Of a DNA stretch of 64,000 nucleotides, positions 40,527 through 50,867 are shown in pieces. The position numbers and the translations under genes are program-made. Source of the stretch: an uncultured delta proteobacterium (GTDB lineage: Bacteria; Desulfobacterota; Binatia; UBA9968); assembly GCA_963737905.1 (NCBI GenBank), contig CAVTUQ010000009.1, positions 128,001-192,000 on the forward strand, in the 5' to 3' direction. Under the pieces are notes generated by a model. It was not told the DNA's origin and searched no databases. It was given only the letters and a program-made list of their open reading frames with translations. Every line of letters begins with the position of its first letter. The stretch's first letter is position 1.

Positions 40527-41507
40527 ATGAAAAAAATCTTTTCAATTTGTTGTTATTCTCTGCTCCTGTTTCCGGCTCTTCTCTATGCGCAAACCAAAAT
40601 GCGAGAAATAAAAGTCGGCTACCCATTGGGCGGTTCGTCCAGTTATTTCTGGGTTGCGTACCGCTCGGGTTCGTTCGAAAACCACGGCCTAAAGCTTGAA
40701 CCGATCTACATCCGTGGCGGGCTGATGGGGATCCAGGCGGCTCTTTCCGGTGACCTGCCTTTACAGCTCCAAGGGGCTTCTACAGTCGTGGCGGCGTGGG
40801 CGCAGGGCGCCAAGGAGTTTCAATTCATCGGCGCCGTCGGCAACCGTCTGGATTACATTTTGGCGGCACATCCTTCGATCAAGCGCCCGGAAGATCTCAA
40901 GGGGAAGAGAATCGGGGTTAGCCAACTCGGATCGAGCACGGATTTCATCGCGCGGGTGGCCATTCGACGGCTTGGGCTCAATCCTGAGAAGGACGTGCAG
41001 ATCGTTGGCATCGGTGGCCAGGGAGACCGTTGGACCGCGCTCACCGCTGGACAGGTTCAAGCCAGCGTCTTTCAATCTCCGTTTACGCTGAAGGCGCGCA
41101 AAGCGGGTTACCCCACGTTTATCGATTTTTCCAAGGAGGATTTCGAATACACCGTTGCTGGACCGGTGACCATGCGATCGTTCATCAAGTCCGACCGCGA
41201 AACCGTGATGAACTTCATGCGCGGGCTGGCGGACGGTATGGATTTTTATCGCGACGAGAAAAACAAAGACCGGGTTATCAAATTTCTCGGCGAATATTAC
41301 CGATCCAACAATGTCGAGGAATTGGAAGAGACGCGCAGGGTCTATAGCCAGGTGACGCCGGGCCTACCCATTGTCACGGCTAAAGCGATGGAGAATGTGA
41401 TTGCCAACGACAAAAACCTCTCCGCGATGAAATTGAACGTGAGTGAGCTGTTGGATTTGTCTTTTCTTGAGCAGTTGGCGCAGGAGAGGAAGACAAAGGC
41501 GCGTTAG
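40527..41507 (+). CDS. ABC substrate-binding protein, NMT1/SsuA type
   Basis: Signal peptide; DLKGKRIGVSQLGSSTD. Confidence 0.88.
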   Translation: MKKIFSICCYSLLLFPALLYAQTKMREIKVGYPLGGSSSYFWVAYRSGSFENHGLKLEPIYIRGGLMGIQAALSGDLPLQLQGASTVVAAWAQGAKEFQFIGAVGNRLDYILAAHPSIKRPEDLKGKRIGVSQLGSSTDFIARVAIRRLGLNPEKDVQIVGIGGQGDRWTALTAGQVQASVFQSPFTLKARKAGYPTFIDFSKEDFEYTVAGPVTMRSFIKSDRETVMNFMRGLADGMDFYRDEKNKDRVIKFLGEYYRSNNVEELEETRRVYSQVTPGLPIVTAKAMENVIANDKNLSAMKLNVSELLDLSFLEQLAQERKTKAR

Positions 41508-41528
41508 CGGGGCACGTCCCCGGAAGTC

Positions 41529-41592
41529 TAACCACAAAGAACGCATAGAACACAAAAAAATTTCTTTGCGAACTTTGCGTTCTCTGCGGTTA
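41529..41592. repeat. CGCAAAG-type nonamer palindrome
   Basis: TAACCACAAAGAACGCATAGAACACAAA ... TTTGCGAACTTTGCGTTCTCTGCGGTTA; same family as 36396-36480. Confidence 0.75.
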
Positions 41593-41612
41593 AAAATAGA
41601 AAGGTTGGGGAA

Positions 41613-42728
41613 ATGGAATATCAGACCATCATTTATGAAGTAAAGAATCAGATCGCTTTTGTGACGTTCAACCGGCCGGAGTCAATGAATGCCGTGAACC
41701 GGCAGATGGCCCGCGAGTTGGTCGAGGCTTGCCGACAGATCGAAGATGATGCCGGAATTCGCATCGCTATTTTCACCGGAGCGGGCGACAAGGCATTTTC
41801 CGCTGGCATGGATTTGAAAGAACGCTCCGAGAGCGGGTCTTCCCCCATCGAGCGGCGCCAGCAGAAGCTTTCGGCAACGATTCACACCCAGAGTCGCGCG
41901 GTGGCGGCGATCACCAAACCGACGATCGCGGGGCGATAGGTCGGTACGGGTACTGGGTGGGTGTCGGGGCTGAGTGAATTTGCGCCTGCTTGTGACATGC
42001 GCGTTGCCGCCGAAGATGCCAAGCTGGCGGACTGGCGGAGGTGAAACGCGGCCTGATCCCGGGTGCCGGCGGCACGCAAAGATTGGCGCGGTGTGACCTT
42101 ATTACAGTCGCTCTAAGAGGAAGCTGGAAATAGGTATGAACATTGAGGTTCCTAAAGAAGGAATTGCTGAGTTCTGCCAGAAATGGAAGATCGTAGAGCT
42201 TTCTTTCTTCGGCTCGGTGTTGCGAGACGACTTCCGGCCGAGACAGCGACGTGGACGTACTTGTGACTTTTGCGCCTGATGGACGTTACAGCCTATTCGG
42301 ATCTGGTTCATATAGAAGAGGAACGAGAGAAAATGCTCGGACGGAAAGTAGAACCGTTGTAGAGCGTGGCGCGATTGAGCAAAGTGAAAATTACAACAGC
42401 GGTGGGTGTCGCGAAGGCGTTGGAGATATGTCTCACCGGCGACAACGTCACGGGCAGCGAAGCACAGCGTTTGGGTCTGGTCAATATCGCCGTGCCTGCG
42501 AGCGATGTCATGAAAGCCGCGGAGGATTTGGCGGCGAGAATTCTCAAAGGCGCACCGATGTCCGTGTTGTTCATCAAAGAGGCAATTAAAAAAGGCGTTG
42601 AGTTGTCACTTGACGAAGGTTTTCGCCTTGAGTCCGATCTCTCGGCGTTGGTCGGCACGACGGAAGACAGCAAAGAAGGCCCCCGCGCTTTCGCTGAAAA
42701 ACGCGCGCCGGTATGGAAAGGGAAGTAA
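41613..42728 (+). pseudogene. Enoyl-CoA hydratase/isomerase, frameshifted and split by a ~305-bp insertion
   Basis: N-half NRPESMNA...FSAGMDL...PGAGGTQRLAR ends near 42090; C-half AVGVAKALE...RAFAEKRAPVWKGK resumes near 42398. Confidence 0.8.
42136..42395 (+). pseudogene. Minimal nucleotidyltransferase (MNT/MntA-like) fragment
   Basis: [44 protein letters not shown] (GS-x-DxD motif), read across frameshifts. Confidence 0.7.
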
Positions 42729-42913
42729 CGTTACGGGTCCGGGTCTCGGGTTTCGAGTTGAATTCGAAATCAAAGAAGCTTGTCGATGTTCGCTTTCGAA
42801 TCGAGCGGCTTTTTTCCCTCGCCCTTTGGGAAAGGGTGAGACTGCCAATTGACTAACTTCAAGTGAGACGAGGAGCGAGTGACGGGTGTCGAGTGGAAAG
42901 AGCAGAGAAAAAC

Positions 42914-43715
42914 ATGAAGAGAAAACTCACTGTCATTACTCTTTGCGCCATGCTCTTTGCGCTTAGCTTTTCCGCCGAGGCGCAGCAGCCGAAGAAAGTC
43001 CCCCGGATAGGTTATTTGTCGGGGACGTTCCTCTCGTACTCCGTTCGCTTGGAATGCAATCAGTCCAACAGGAGCTCGCCGAGCTCGGAATTTTGAAGCC
43101 AAGAACATCCTTTCGAATATCGCTACGCAGAGGACAAACCTGAGCGGTCCCCTGCTCTGCCGCCGAACCGGTCCGTCTCAAAATTACGCCATCGTTGCGG
43201 GAGGAGGCGGCGATACCCAAGCCGCCAAGAACTCCACCAAGACGATCCCTATCGCTTTTTTGGACGTCAGTGGCTGATCCCGTTGAGCAAGGGTTTGTTG
43301 GTAACTTGGCGCACCCTGGTGGGAACATCACGGGGTTTACTACTATTGCGACAGATAGGCAGGTAAACGGCTGGAGCAACTCAAGGAAGCAATTCCCAAA
43401 ATTTCCCGCGTTGCTGTGTTGTGGAATCCACGGGCTACTGACAACCCGCTGCAATGGATAGAAAGCCAAAAGGTAGCACGAGAACTTGGGTTGCAGCTTC
43501 ACTCTATGGCCGGTGAGCAGCCCCGAGGAGTTTGAGAATGCATTCAAAGAGGCAACCAAGGCGCGGAGCGGCGCTCTCGCTGTGACGCGGTACCGGTTAT
43601 CTAACGTATACCAGAAGCGGATCATTGCACTGGCCGGCAAAAAACCGCTTGCCGGCGATTTACTCAGGGAAGACTTTGCGGAGAACGGAGGCTTGATGTC
43701 CGACGGAGCCGACGA
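42914..43715 (+). pseudogene. ABC substrate-binding protein (ABC_sub_bind type), heavily frameshifted and truncated
   Basis: AEAQQPKKVPRIGYL, ADPVEQGFVGNLAHPGGNITG and EEFENAF...GGLMS fragments in several frames. Confidence 0.8.
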
Positions 43716-44366
43716 GATTGCTCCTCACGTCCACATTTGTGCTGGTCGCTGCGTGCGCTGAGCTCCCCGTCTCGTACCCAGAATTCAGTGTCGACGTCTA
43801 AGACCACGTCTAGGTTCGAATGCCATGTCCGGCTGAAAGTGCAGATCCAAGCCCATTTCTATTATTCCAGAAACTGGGCTCGGCTTACGATCCTGCAATG
43901 CCCGAAATTTGTTCCTGAGCAGAATCGCTTTGCAAGCACGCAAGGCCAAAAGAGGAGACTGCAAGCTGGATTAAGGTTACCGAATTTTTTGAGCTCATGC
44001 CGGCTGCCCATCGGTCTACACAAAGACCTGCTTCTGACCCGCGATCGCTGGTTTGCCAGTCAATCGACGCAAGATCTTCTCCTTTTGACGCCAGATGAGT
44101 TGATCAGCCAATATCCGGTGCGTACTGCCTGGTAGACGCTGGCTTGTTGTGAGTGCCTGCAGAAGTTCGATTAATATCGGCTCCATTTTACCGTCATGCC
44201 CGCGGGTCATCAGGCGGTGCCGAGAGAATGAGGCAAATTGTGGATTCCCGCTAAAAGCATGCGGGAAATGACGGAATGGGCAGGAAGTCGATGTCGACAA
44301 GTTTAAAATTTCCGGAGTCGTGTTCCCATAATCCTAGAATTCGAAATCAATAATGAAAGGGTGAAG

Positions 44367-45186
44367 ATGGCAGACGAAAAGGTTCTCTACGAAGTCAAAG
44401 ACAAGATCGCGTGGATCACGTTGAACCGGCCCGGAGTCGTTGAACGCGGTCAACCGGGACATGGTGAAGTCGATCGTGAGCTATTGCCGGGAGGCGGAGG
44501 AAGATCCAAACGTTCAGGTGGTCATATTTAAGGCGAACGGAGAGCGGGCATTCTCGGTGGGCGGCGATATCAAAGATCGCGCGCGACTGAATGCCGCGTC
44601 GGCGGCTGAACCGGCGGAGTCACCGTTGGTGTTGCGTCAAGCGAAGCACACAGGGATTCCTGGAACTCCCGCTCCGGCTATCGCGGCGATCAATAAAATA
44701 ACCATGGCGCTGCTTCACGGTTATGTTGTCGGTACGGGACTGTTGATGAGTCTCGCCTGCGACATCCGCATCGCGGCCGAAGGCGCGCGTCTTGGCCTTA
44801 GCGAAATTCGGCTCGGCTTCATGGCTGGTTCGGGCGGCACACAACGCATGGCGCGGCTGGTGGGAATTCCGAAAGCTTTGGAGATCTGTTTGTCCGGCGA
44901 ACTATACGACGCCCAGGAGTGCTACCGGATCGGCCTCGTGAACCAGCTCGTTCCCTACGATCAATTGATTCCGGCGGGAGAGAAAATGGCGGCGTCGTTC
45001 TTGAAAGGCGCGCCGCTGGCATTGCGCTATATTAAAGAAGCGATTTATAAGGGCAGCGAGATGACCTTGGAGCAGGGGTTGCGATTTGAATCCGATCTCC
45101 AGAGCATGGTCATGCAGACCGAAGACGCCAAGGAAGGGCCGCGGGCTTTCGTCGAAAAGCGCCCGCCGGTATGGAAAGGACGATAG
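44367..45186 (+). CDS. Enoyl-CoA hydratase/isomerase, +1 frameshift near 44432
   Basis: MADEKVLYEVKDKIAWITLNRP joins SLNAVN...FSVGGDI...ACDIRIA...GGTQRM. Confidence 0.85.
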
Positions 45187-45191
45187 GAATC

Positions 45192-45314
45192 GGTTTCGGG
45201 TCTCGGGTTTGCGGTCTCGAGTTTAGTTCGGAACGGAACGATTGTATAGAGTTTTGGAATTATTGTAACCTTGAGTACTCAACCCTGAGACACGAAACGC
45301 GAGACTCGAAACTC
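45192..45314. repeat. TCTCGAG/CTCGAAA heptamer inverted repeats
   Basis: GTTTCGG GTCTCGG GTTTGCG GTCTCGA ... CCTGAGA CACGAAA CGCGAGA CTCGAAA. Confidence 0.7.
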
Positions 45315-45335
45315 TTATGCATAGCTCAATTGTTG

Positions 45336-46844
45336 ATGGGCGACGGCTTGCGCCGCAACGCCTACAAGCTGCCGGTCAAGATCGCTGCGCGCGATTGCTT
45401 TCGGCAAATTACCTACAGCGAGCTAAATTCTCGCGTGAACCAGCTCGCCCATGGTTTGCTTTCCATGGGGCTGCGCAAAGGCGACTCCGTCGCTATCATG
45501 GTTGGCAATCGCGTGGAGCATCTGGAAATTCTCTTCGCCACCGCGAAGATCGGCGCCCTGGCGATTCCCCTCGATATTAAATGGAAAGCGCTGGAGCTTG
45601 GCTCGGTCGTATCCTTTTTCAAACCGTCTGTGCTCATTCTTCAGCAGGAATGTGTTGAAGAGTTCGAAGAGGCAAAGGCGAACCGTGATTTGAGCTTTGT
45701 CCAGCCGGTTGTCATTTCCGACCTGAGCTATGGCGGCCTTCTGAATGATCAGAGTGCGGCTGAGCCTTCGACGCAGGTCAGTGAAGATGATCCCTTCGCC
45801 GTTATGCTCACCTCCGGTACGACCGGGTTTCCCAAGGGATGTCTTGTGACCCATCGGACTTTTGTCTTTCACTGCATCAATAACGCCATTGAGAAAGGAC
45901 TCGGAGTTCACGACCGGGCGCTCCTGGCGTCGCCGCTCTATTTTAACGCCGGGCGGTCGTTTACCCTGGGGATCATCTATTATGGCGGCACGATGTTTCT
46001 CCACGAGCGATTCGATGCCGAGGAGGTTCTCAAAACCATCGAGCGGGAGAAAATTACCTACATGGGCGCGGTGCCGACCATGTGCGAGCGGATGCTGCAA
46101 GTCCCTGGGGTTGGGAACTACGATACGAGCTCGCTTCGCTGTCTCGCCATCACCGGTGGCAAAGTTCACGAACCGGTGTTGCAATCTCTTAGGAAGCAGA
46201 TAACACCTAATATTTACCGGACGTATGCCTCCACGGATTCCGGTCAAATGGCGATCTCCAAACCGGCAGATATGGATTCGAAACCACTGGCGGCGGGAAT
46301 GCCGGTCTGGTGTGTGGATCTCCGCATCGTGGATGACGAGAGCAATCCCGTTGCAGTGAACCAGATCGGTGAGATCGTCTGCCAGAGCCCGCTGGCGACA
46401 CTAGGATATTACATGAATCCTGAGGCGACCAACGCCTCTTTTCGTGACGGCTGGTTTTACACCGGCGATCTGGGTTATTTCGACGAAGAAGGCTACCTAT
46501 TCGTGGTCGGCCGCAAAAAGGACATGGTGAAAAGCGGTGGGATCAGCGTCTACCCATTGGAGATTGAAGGCGTGCTGTACAAACATCCGGACGTTGTCGA
46601 GGCCGCCGTGATAGGAGTGCCCGACCCGCAGTGGGGTGAAGCGGTGAAGGCGGTCGTGGTTCTAAAGGAGAGATCCACAGCCCACGGTGAAGAGTTAATG
46701 TGGTTTTGCAAAGAGCAGCTCGCTTCGTACAAAGTTCCCAAGTCGGTGGACATCGTGTCCTCGTTGCCGCATACGGAGGTGGGGAAGGTCAACAAAGTCA
46801 AATTGAAGGAAATGATTCTATCCGGTGCCGCTCCGTTTGCGTAA
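45336..46844 (+). CDS. Acyl/aryl-CoA ligase (class I adenylate-forming enzyme)
   Basis: TSGTTGFPKG, YASTD, GWFYTGDLG, GRKKDMVKSGG and GKV motifs; exact start uncertain. Confidence 0.92.
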   Translation: MGDGLRRNAYKLPVKIAARDCFRQITYSELNSRVNQLAHGLLSMGLRKGDSVAIMVGNRVEHLEILFATAKIGALAIPLDIKWKALELGSVVSFFKPSVLILQQECVEEFEEAKANRDLSFVQPVVISDLSYGGLLNDQSAAEPSTQVSEDDPFAVMLTSGTTGFPKGCLVTHRTFVFHCINNAIEKGLGVHDRALLASPLYFNAGRSFTLGIIYYGGTMFLHERFDAEEVLKTIEREKITYMGAVPTMCERMLQVPGVGNYDTSSLRCLAITGGKVHEPVLQSLRKQITPNIYRTYASTDSGQMAISKPADMDSKPLAAGMPVWCVDLRIVDDESNPVAVNQIGEIVCQSPLATLGYYMNPEATNASFRDGWFYTGDLGYFDEEGYLFVVGRKKDMVKSGGISVYPLEIEGVLYKHPDVVEAAVIGVPDPQWGEAVKAVVVLKERSTAHGEELMWFCKEQLASYKVPKSVDIVSSLPHTEVGKVNKVKLKEMILSGAAPFA

Positions 46845-47082
46845 AACAATGAATCCTCTGTATATAGGTGAGGTGTTACTGTATGGAAAACTATATAGCC
46901 TCACCGTTAGCTTTCCTGCCGCGGAGTTTCTCTCGAAGAAATCAAAACCGCTTTCCCATTCATCGCGGACTGCGGCCGATTAAGATCACAGTTACGTGCA
47001 TGAGGCGGCGAAGGAATTGGGGACGCGGTAACCGGAGGGTTTCATCTAATCCGAGCGATTCAATGGGAATGGAGGTTTGATC

Positions 47083-48162
47083 ATGAACTTTGGCTTGCGC
47101 GGGGCACTAGCTTTCTGCAGTTTGGTCTTTTTTGCGAGCCCGTCGTTTTCGGCAGAAAGGCCTTTTTATCAGGGGAAAAATGTCAATTTCATCATCAATT
47201 TCGCCGCCGGCGGACCCACAGACATCGAAGGTAGAATTGTTGCGCGGCATCTCGCCAAGCATATAGCGGGAAATCCCACGCTTGTTGTGCAAAACATGCC
47301 GGGTGCGGGCGGCGTGACGGGAATTAATTTTTTGGGTGAGGTGGCGAAACCGGATGGCCAAACCATGGGATATTTTACCGGTCCCTACAACCACCAGATG
47401 ATGAGGACTCCGTCATTGAGAGTCGATCTTAACAAGGTTCCATTCATCGCTTCTGTCCAGGGGGTCACGGTTTGTTACATCCGTTCCGACGTTCCGCCGG
47501 GGATAAAAAAACCGGCGGACATTGTCAAGGCCGAGCGATTCAGGGCAGGTGGGCTGAGCTTCGATAGTAACAAGGATCTGCGTTTCCGTCTTGCTTTCGA
47601 CGTTCTGGGAGTGAAGTACGATTACGTCACGGGCTACAACAGCAGTAGTGATGCAAGGCTCGCGGTGCAGCGCAATGAGATCCAATACCACGATGAAAAT
47701 ATTCCCGGATACCGCGGGGTTGTGGAGCCGCAACTGGTGAAGACCGGCATCGTGACACCGCTGTACTATCACGATCTTATTAGCCCCGATGGCGCGATGA
47801 GGAAGAGCCCGGATTATCCCGAGCTAAGTTCGTTTACCGAGGTTTATATCCAAATCTTCGGCAAGCCACCCTCTGGGATCAAGTACGAAACGCTCAAAGC
47901 GGCGAATCTCGCAAGCCAGAACATGAACCGGGTGGCTCTTGTGCCTCCGGCCACGCCTCCAGCCGCCGTGGACGCTCTGAGGCAAGCCTTCGCCTCTCTT
48001 TCGAAGGACGAGGAATTTCTTGTCGAGGCACAGAAGGTTATGAAATTTCATCCGCGCTTCGAAACGGGCGCCGACGGGGAAAGGCTTCGCCAAAAAGTAA
48101 CGCAGGTCTCCAATGAGATCGTGGACTTCGTTCGGCAGTACGTCGAGCAAGCCAGGAAATAA
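47083..48162 (+). CDS. TctC/Bug-type binding protein
   Basis: AAGGPTD, QNMPGAGG, KPDG and VTGY motifs. Confidence 0.85.
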   Translation: MNFGLRGALAFCSLVFFASPSFSAERPFYQGKNVNFIINFAAGGPTDIEGRIVARHLAKHIAGNPTLVVQNMPGAGGVTGINFLGEVAKPDGQTMGYFTGPYNHQMMRTPSLRVDLNKVPFIASVQGVTVCYIRSDVPPGIKKPADIVKAERFRAGGLSFDSNKDLRFRLAFDVLGVKYDYVTGYNSSSDARLAVQRNEIQYHDENIPGYRGVVEPQLVKTGIVTPLYYHDLISPDGAMRKSPDYPELSSFTEVYIQIFGKPPSGIKYETLKAANLASQNMNRVALVPPATPPAAVDALRQAFASLSKDEEFLVEAQKVMKFHPRFETGADGERLRQKVTQVSNEIVDFVRQYVEQARK

Positions 48163-48231
48163 TGTAACCTAAAGTGTGGCGTCATCAGACAGGTGGAGAA
48201 AAATGAGCGCCGCACTAACTAGGAGGTGTGC

Positions 48232-49224
48232 ATGTCGATAAACGGCACGGTTATTAAGGGGATGCTACTTTGCTGGGTTTTGTTGGTCTCTTCGAGCTCT
48301 ATGGCGCAGGAGAAATTCAAATTTCCCGTCAGCGCGTCATCGAAAACGCTCGGCTACAGCCCGCTTTGGGTAGCGAGCAATTTAGGTTTTTTTGACCGCG
48401 AAGGGTTAGACGTTCAAGTGGTTTTAGTCTCGGGCGCCGATAAGTCGACGATGGCTCTGCTCGGCGGTTCCGTCTATATTTCCAGCGGCGGCACTGACAC
48501 GGTTGTTTCCGCCGTCGAACAAGGGGCGGATCTAGCGTCGATCGGCGGCATTATCAACGGGCTGACGCACTACATCATGGGCGGAAAAAAATTTAGAACC
48601 TTCGAAGATCTGCGCGGCGCGAATGTCGGTTCATCGGGATTGACGTCGGGCACAGCGTTTGTTCTACGGCGCGTGCTCCGAGCTAAAGGATTGGAATATC
48701 CGCGCGACTACAACCTCATTAATGTCGGCGGATCGGCGCAGGCTTTCATATCGCTGACTGCAGGTAGGATTGACGCGGCGATTATCGCCGTGCCGCTGAA
48801 TTACGAGGCGGCGCAGATGGGTCATCCGGTCATCGCAAAGGTCGTTGACTTCATTCCGAACTATCAGTTGACCGAAGTGACGGTGAAGCGCTCCTGGGCG
48901 GAAAAGAACCGGCTGCTGGTGGTTCACTTCATGAAGGGGTTAGTGCTGGCCATGCGCTGGATGTACGACAACAAAGAGCCAGCCATTGATTTTCTATCCA
49001 AAGAGATGAAGTTGAAACCGGAACAGGCGCGTCGCGGATGGGAATATTACACCGAGAATAAAATCTGGAGCCCTAATGCTGAAACCAATGTCGAGGGCGT
49101 GCGGACGGTGATTCAAATCTCGGCAGAGCGGGGCGTTTTCAAAGGCGGCGCGCTGCCCCCGCCGGCGAAATATCTGGATCATAGCTATGTCGAAGAGGCG
49201 CTGAAGGAGTTGGGGAGACGGTAG
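48232..49224 (+). CDS. ABC substrate-binding protein, NMT1/SsuA type
   Basis: AGGAGG RBS; GFFDREGLDV and DLRGANVG. Confidence 0.88.
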   Translation: MSINGTVIKGMLLCWVLLVSSSSMAQEKFKFPVSASSKTLGYSPLWVASNLGFFDREGLDVQVVLVSGADKSTMALLGGSVYISSGGTDTVVSAVEQGADLASIGGIINGLTHYIMGGKKFRTFEDLRGANVGSSGLTSGTAFVLRRVLRAKGLEYPRDYNLINVGGSAQAFISLTAGRIDAAIIAVPLNYEAAQMGHPVIAKVVDFIPNYQLTEVTVKRSWAEKNRLLVVHFMKGLVLAMRWMYDNKEPAIDFLSKEMKLKPEQARRGWEYYTENKIWSPNAETNVEGVRTVIQISAERGVFKGGALPPPAKYLDHSYVEEALKELGRR

Positions 49225-50199
49225 ATGAAAAGAGCGGGCAAAAAGCGCAAACCTAAAACCCGGAGAGCAAAGCCTGGAGTATCTCGTGCGAGACACGGTC
49301 GTAAACCCGTCAAAGAGCGCAAGAGTTCGGAGCCGAGACGTCGTTACTTTATCCACGATGGTTTGCGGCTGCACTATTGGGAATGGGGCGATCCGAAGGA
49401 AGAAACTTACATATTCGTTCACGGCGTGCGGGACCAAGGGCGTAGCTGGGATCATTTCATTGAGGCAATGATTGCACGCGGGCTGTCTATCAAACATGCA
49501 GTAGCACTCGATTTGCGCGGTCATGGAGATAGCGAATGGCCGACCACGGGGCGGGGCTATCAACATGAGGATTTTCTCACCGATCTCGCAGGTCTCCTGA
49601 AACATCTGGAGAAGGAACCTCTGACGATCATCGGTCATTCGCTGGGCGGCAGTATGTGCCTGCTCTATGCCGCTGCGTTTCCGGAAAAAGTTAAACGCTT
49701 GGTCCTTCTTGAATCCCTCGGTCCCTTCGCGCGCAAAGACGACGAAGTGCCGGACATTGTCGCCGAGCGATTGAGGGGAAAAGATTACGTTGAGATCCCT
49801 TTTCCCCATGAATCATTGGAAGCGGCCGCCAAGGCGCTCCAGAAAACTTTTCCTCTTATCCCCGACCATGCGGCTCTTCACATGGCGCGTTACGGGACAA
49901 GCTACAAAGGTGGGAGATACCGTTGGAAACATGATCCGATTCTTCGCTACCGCACCACGACCGCGATGTCGGAGGGGCAGATCGAGGCTTTTATTCGGCG
50001 CCTGAAATGTCCGATTCTGTTTGTTTACGGGACGGAAAGCGATTTCATGAAGTCGGTGCGCGGGTCGCGGGTGAAGCTTTTTCCCAACGCGCAGATCATA
50101 CCTGTGCAAGGCGCTGGCCATCACATCCCGCATGAAAAGCCGTCAGAATTGGCGGAGATTGTCGTGCCGTTCTTGATGAAGGGGAGCGATAACGACTAG
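49225..50199 (+). CDS. Alpha/beta hydrolase
   Basis: FVHG, DLRGHGDS, GHSLGG and GAGHH motifs. Confidence 0.92.
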   Translation: MKRAGKKRKPKTRRAKPGVSRARHGRKPVKERKSSEPRRRYFIHDGLRLHYWEWGDPKEETYIFVHGVRDQGRSWDHFIEAMIARGLSIKHAVALDLRGHGDSEWPTTGRGYQHEDFLTDLAGLLKHLEKEPLTIIGHSLGGSMCLLYAAAFPEKVKRLVLLESLGPFARKDDEVPDIVAERLRGKDYVEIPFPHESLEAAAKALQKTFPLIPDHAALHMARYGTSYKGGRYRWKHDPILRYRTTTAMSEGQIEAFIRRLKCPILFVYGTESDFMKSVRGSRVKLFPNAQIIPVQGAGHHIPHEKPSELAEIVVPFLMKGSDND

Positions 50200-50321
50200 T
50201 TCAAGACGTTCAAATCGTTCAAGCCGTTCAACCCCCTCCTTCATCCTCCCGCGACGCGGGCGAGGAAAGAGGTGAGGGCTTGAGCGGAGCGTAGCGGTTG
50301 GACGGCTGGAACGTTTGGAAC
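50199..50321. repeat. Composite palindrome: GTTCAA nonamer arms around a CCCCTCC/GAGG REP
   Basis: GTTCAAGAC GTTCAAATC GTTCAAGCC GTTCAA [CCCCCTCCTTCATCCTCCC..GGGCGAGGAAAGAGGTGAGGG] TTGAGCG...TTGGACGGC TGGAACGTT TGGAAC. Confidence 0.8.
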
Positions 50322-50343
50322 CAAACTCCAAAGGAGTGCAGCC

Positions 50344-50797
50344 ATGTATCTATCTGCTGAAAAAATCGCCGCGCTAGAAGGCGTCCGACGAGTCCACAAT
50401 CTCAACCCGGCGGCGATTCGAATTGACAAATCGCTTGGCGATGAGGTTGGCCTCAAGAACATCGGAATTCATTTGGTCTCGATTGCGCCGGGCGACAAGT
50501 CCACGGAGTTCCACACGCATCGATACGAAGAAGAGGCCATCTACGTTTTGTCGGGGCGAGGGACGGAAGTCATCGGAGATCAAGACGCAAAAAATCGGCG
50601 CCGGAGACTTCATCGGTTTTACTGGCGCCGGCGCCGCCCACGAGACGATTAATGACGGTACCGAACCGTTGGTGTGTCTGGTCATCGGCCAAAGACTTGC
50701 GCAGGATGTCGTCGATTATCCGCGCAAGGGCAAGCGTCTCTTTCGCAACAGCGGCGAGCGGAATCTCGTGGACCATTCCCATATCGAGAAACGTTAG
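50344..50797 (+). CDS. Cupin domain protein, frameshift near 50580
   Basis: STEFHTHRYEEEAIYVLSGRG; C-half GAGDFIGF...AHETIN...DVVDYP in the next frame. Confidence 0.85.
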
Positions 50798-50867
50798 ATC
50801 GGTCCAGCCTGGACGGAGACCGCAACAGCACCGGATCCCACCCGGTCGCCTACCGGAGAATAAAAGC

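Noticed and set aside
45171-45335. N-terminal extensions in the ORF track (also at 10062, 50652, 57926, 4279)
   Set aside because: They run through repeats or intergenic DNA; downstream starts fit RBS position and/or family length better.
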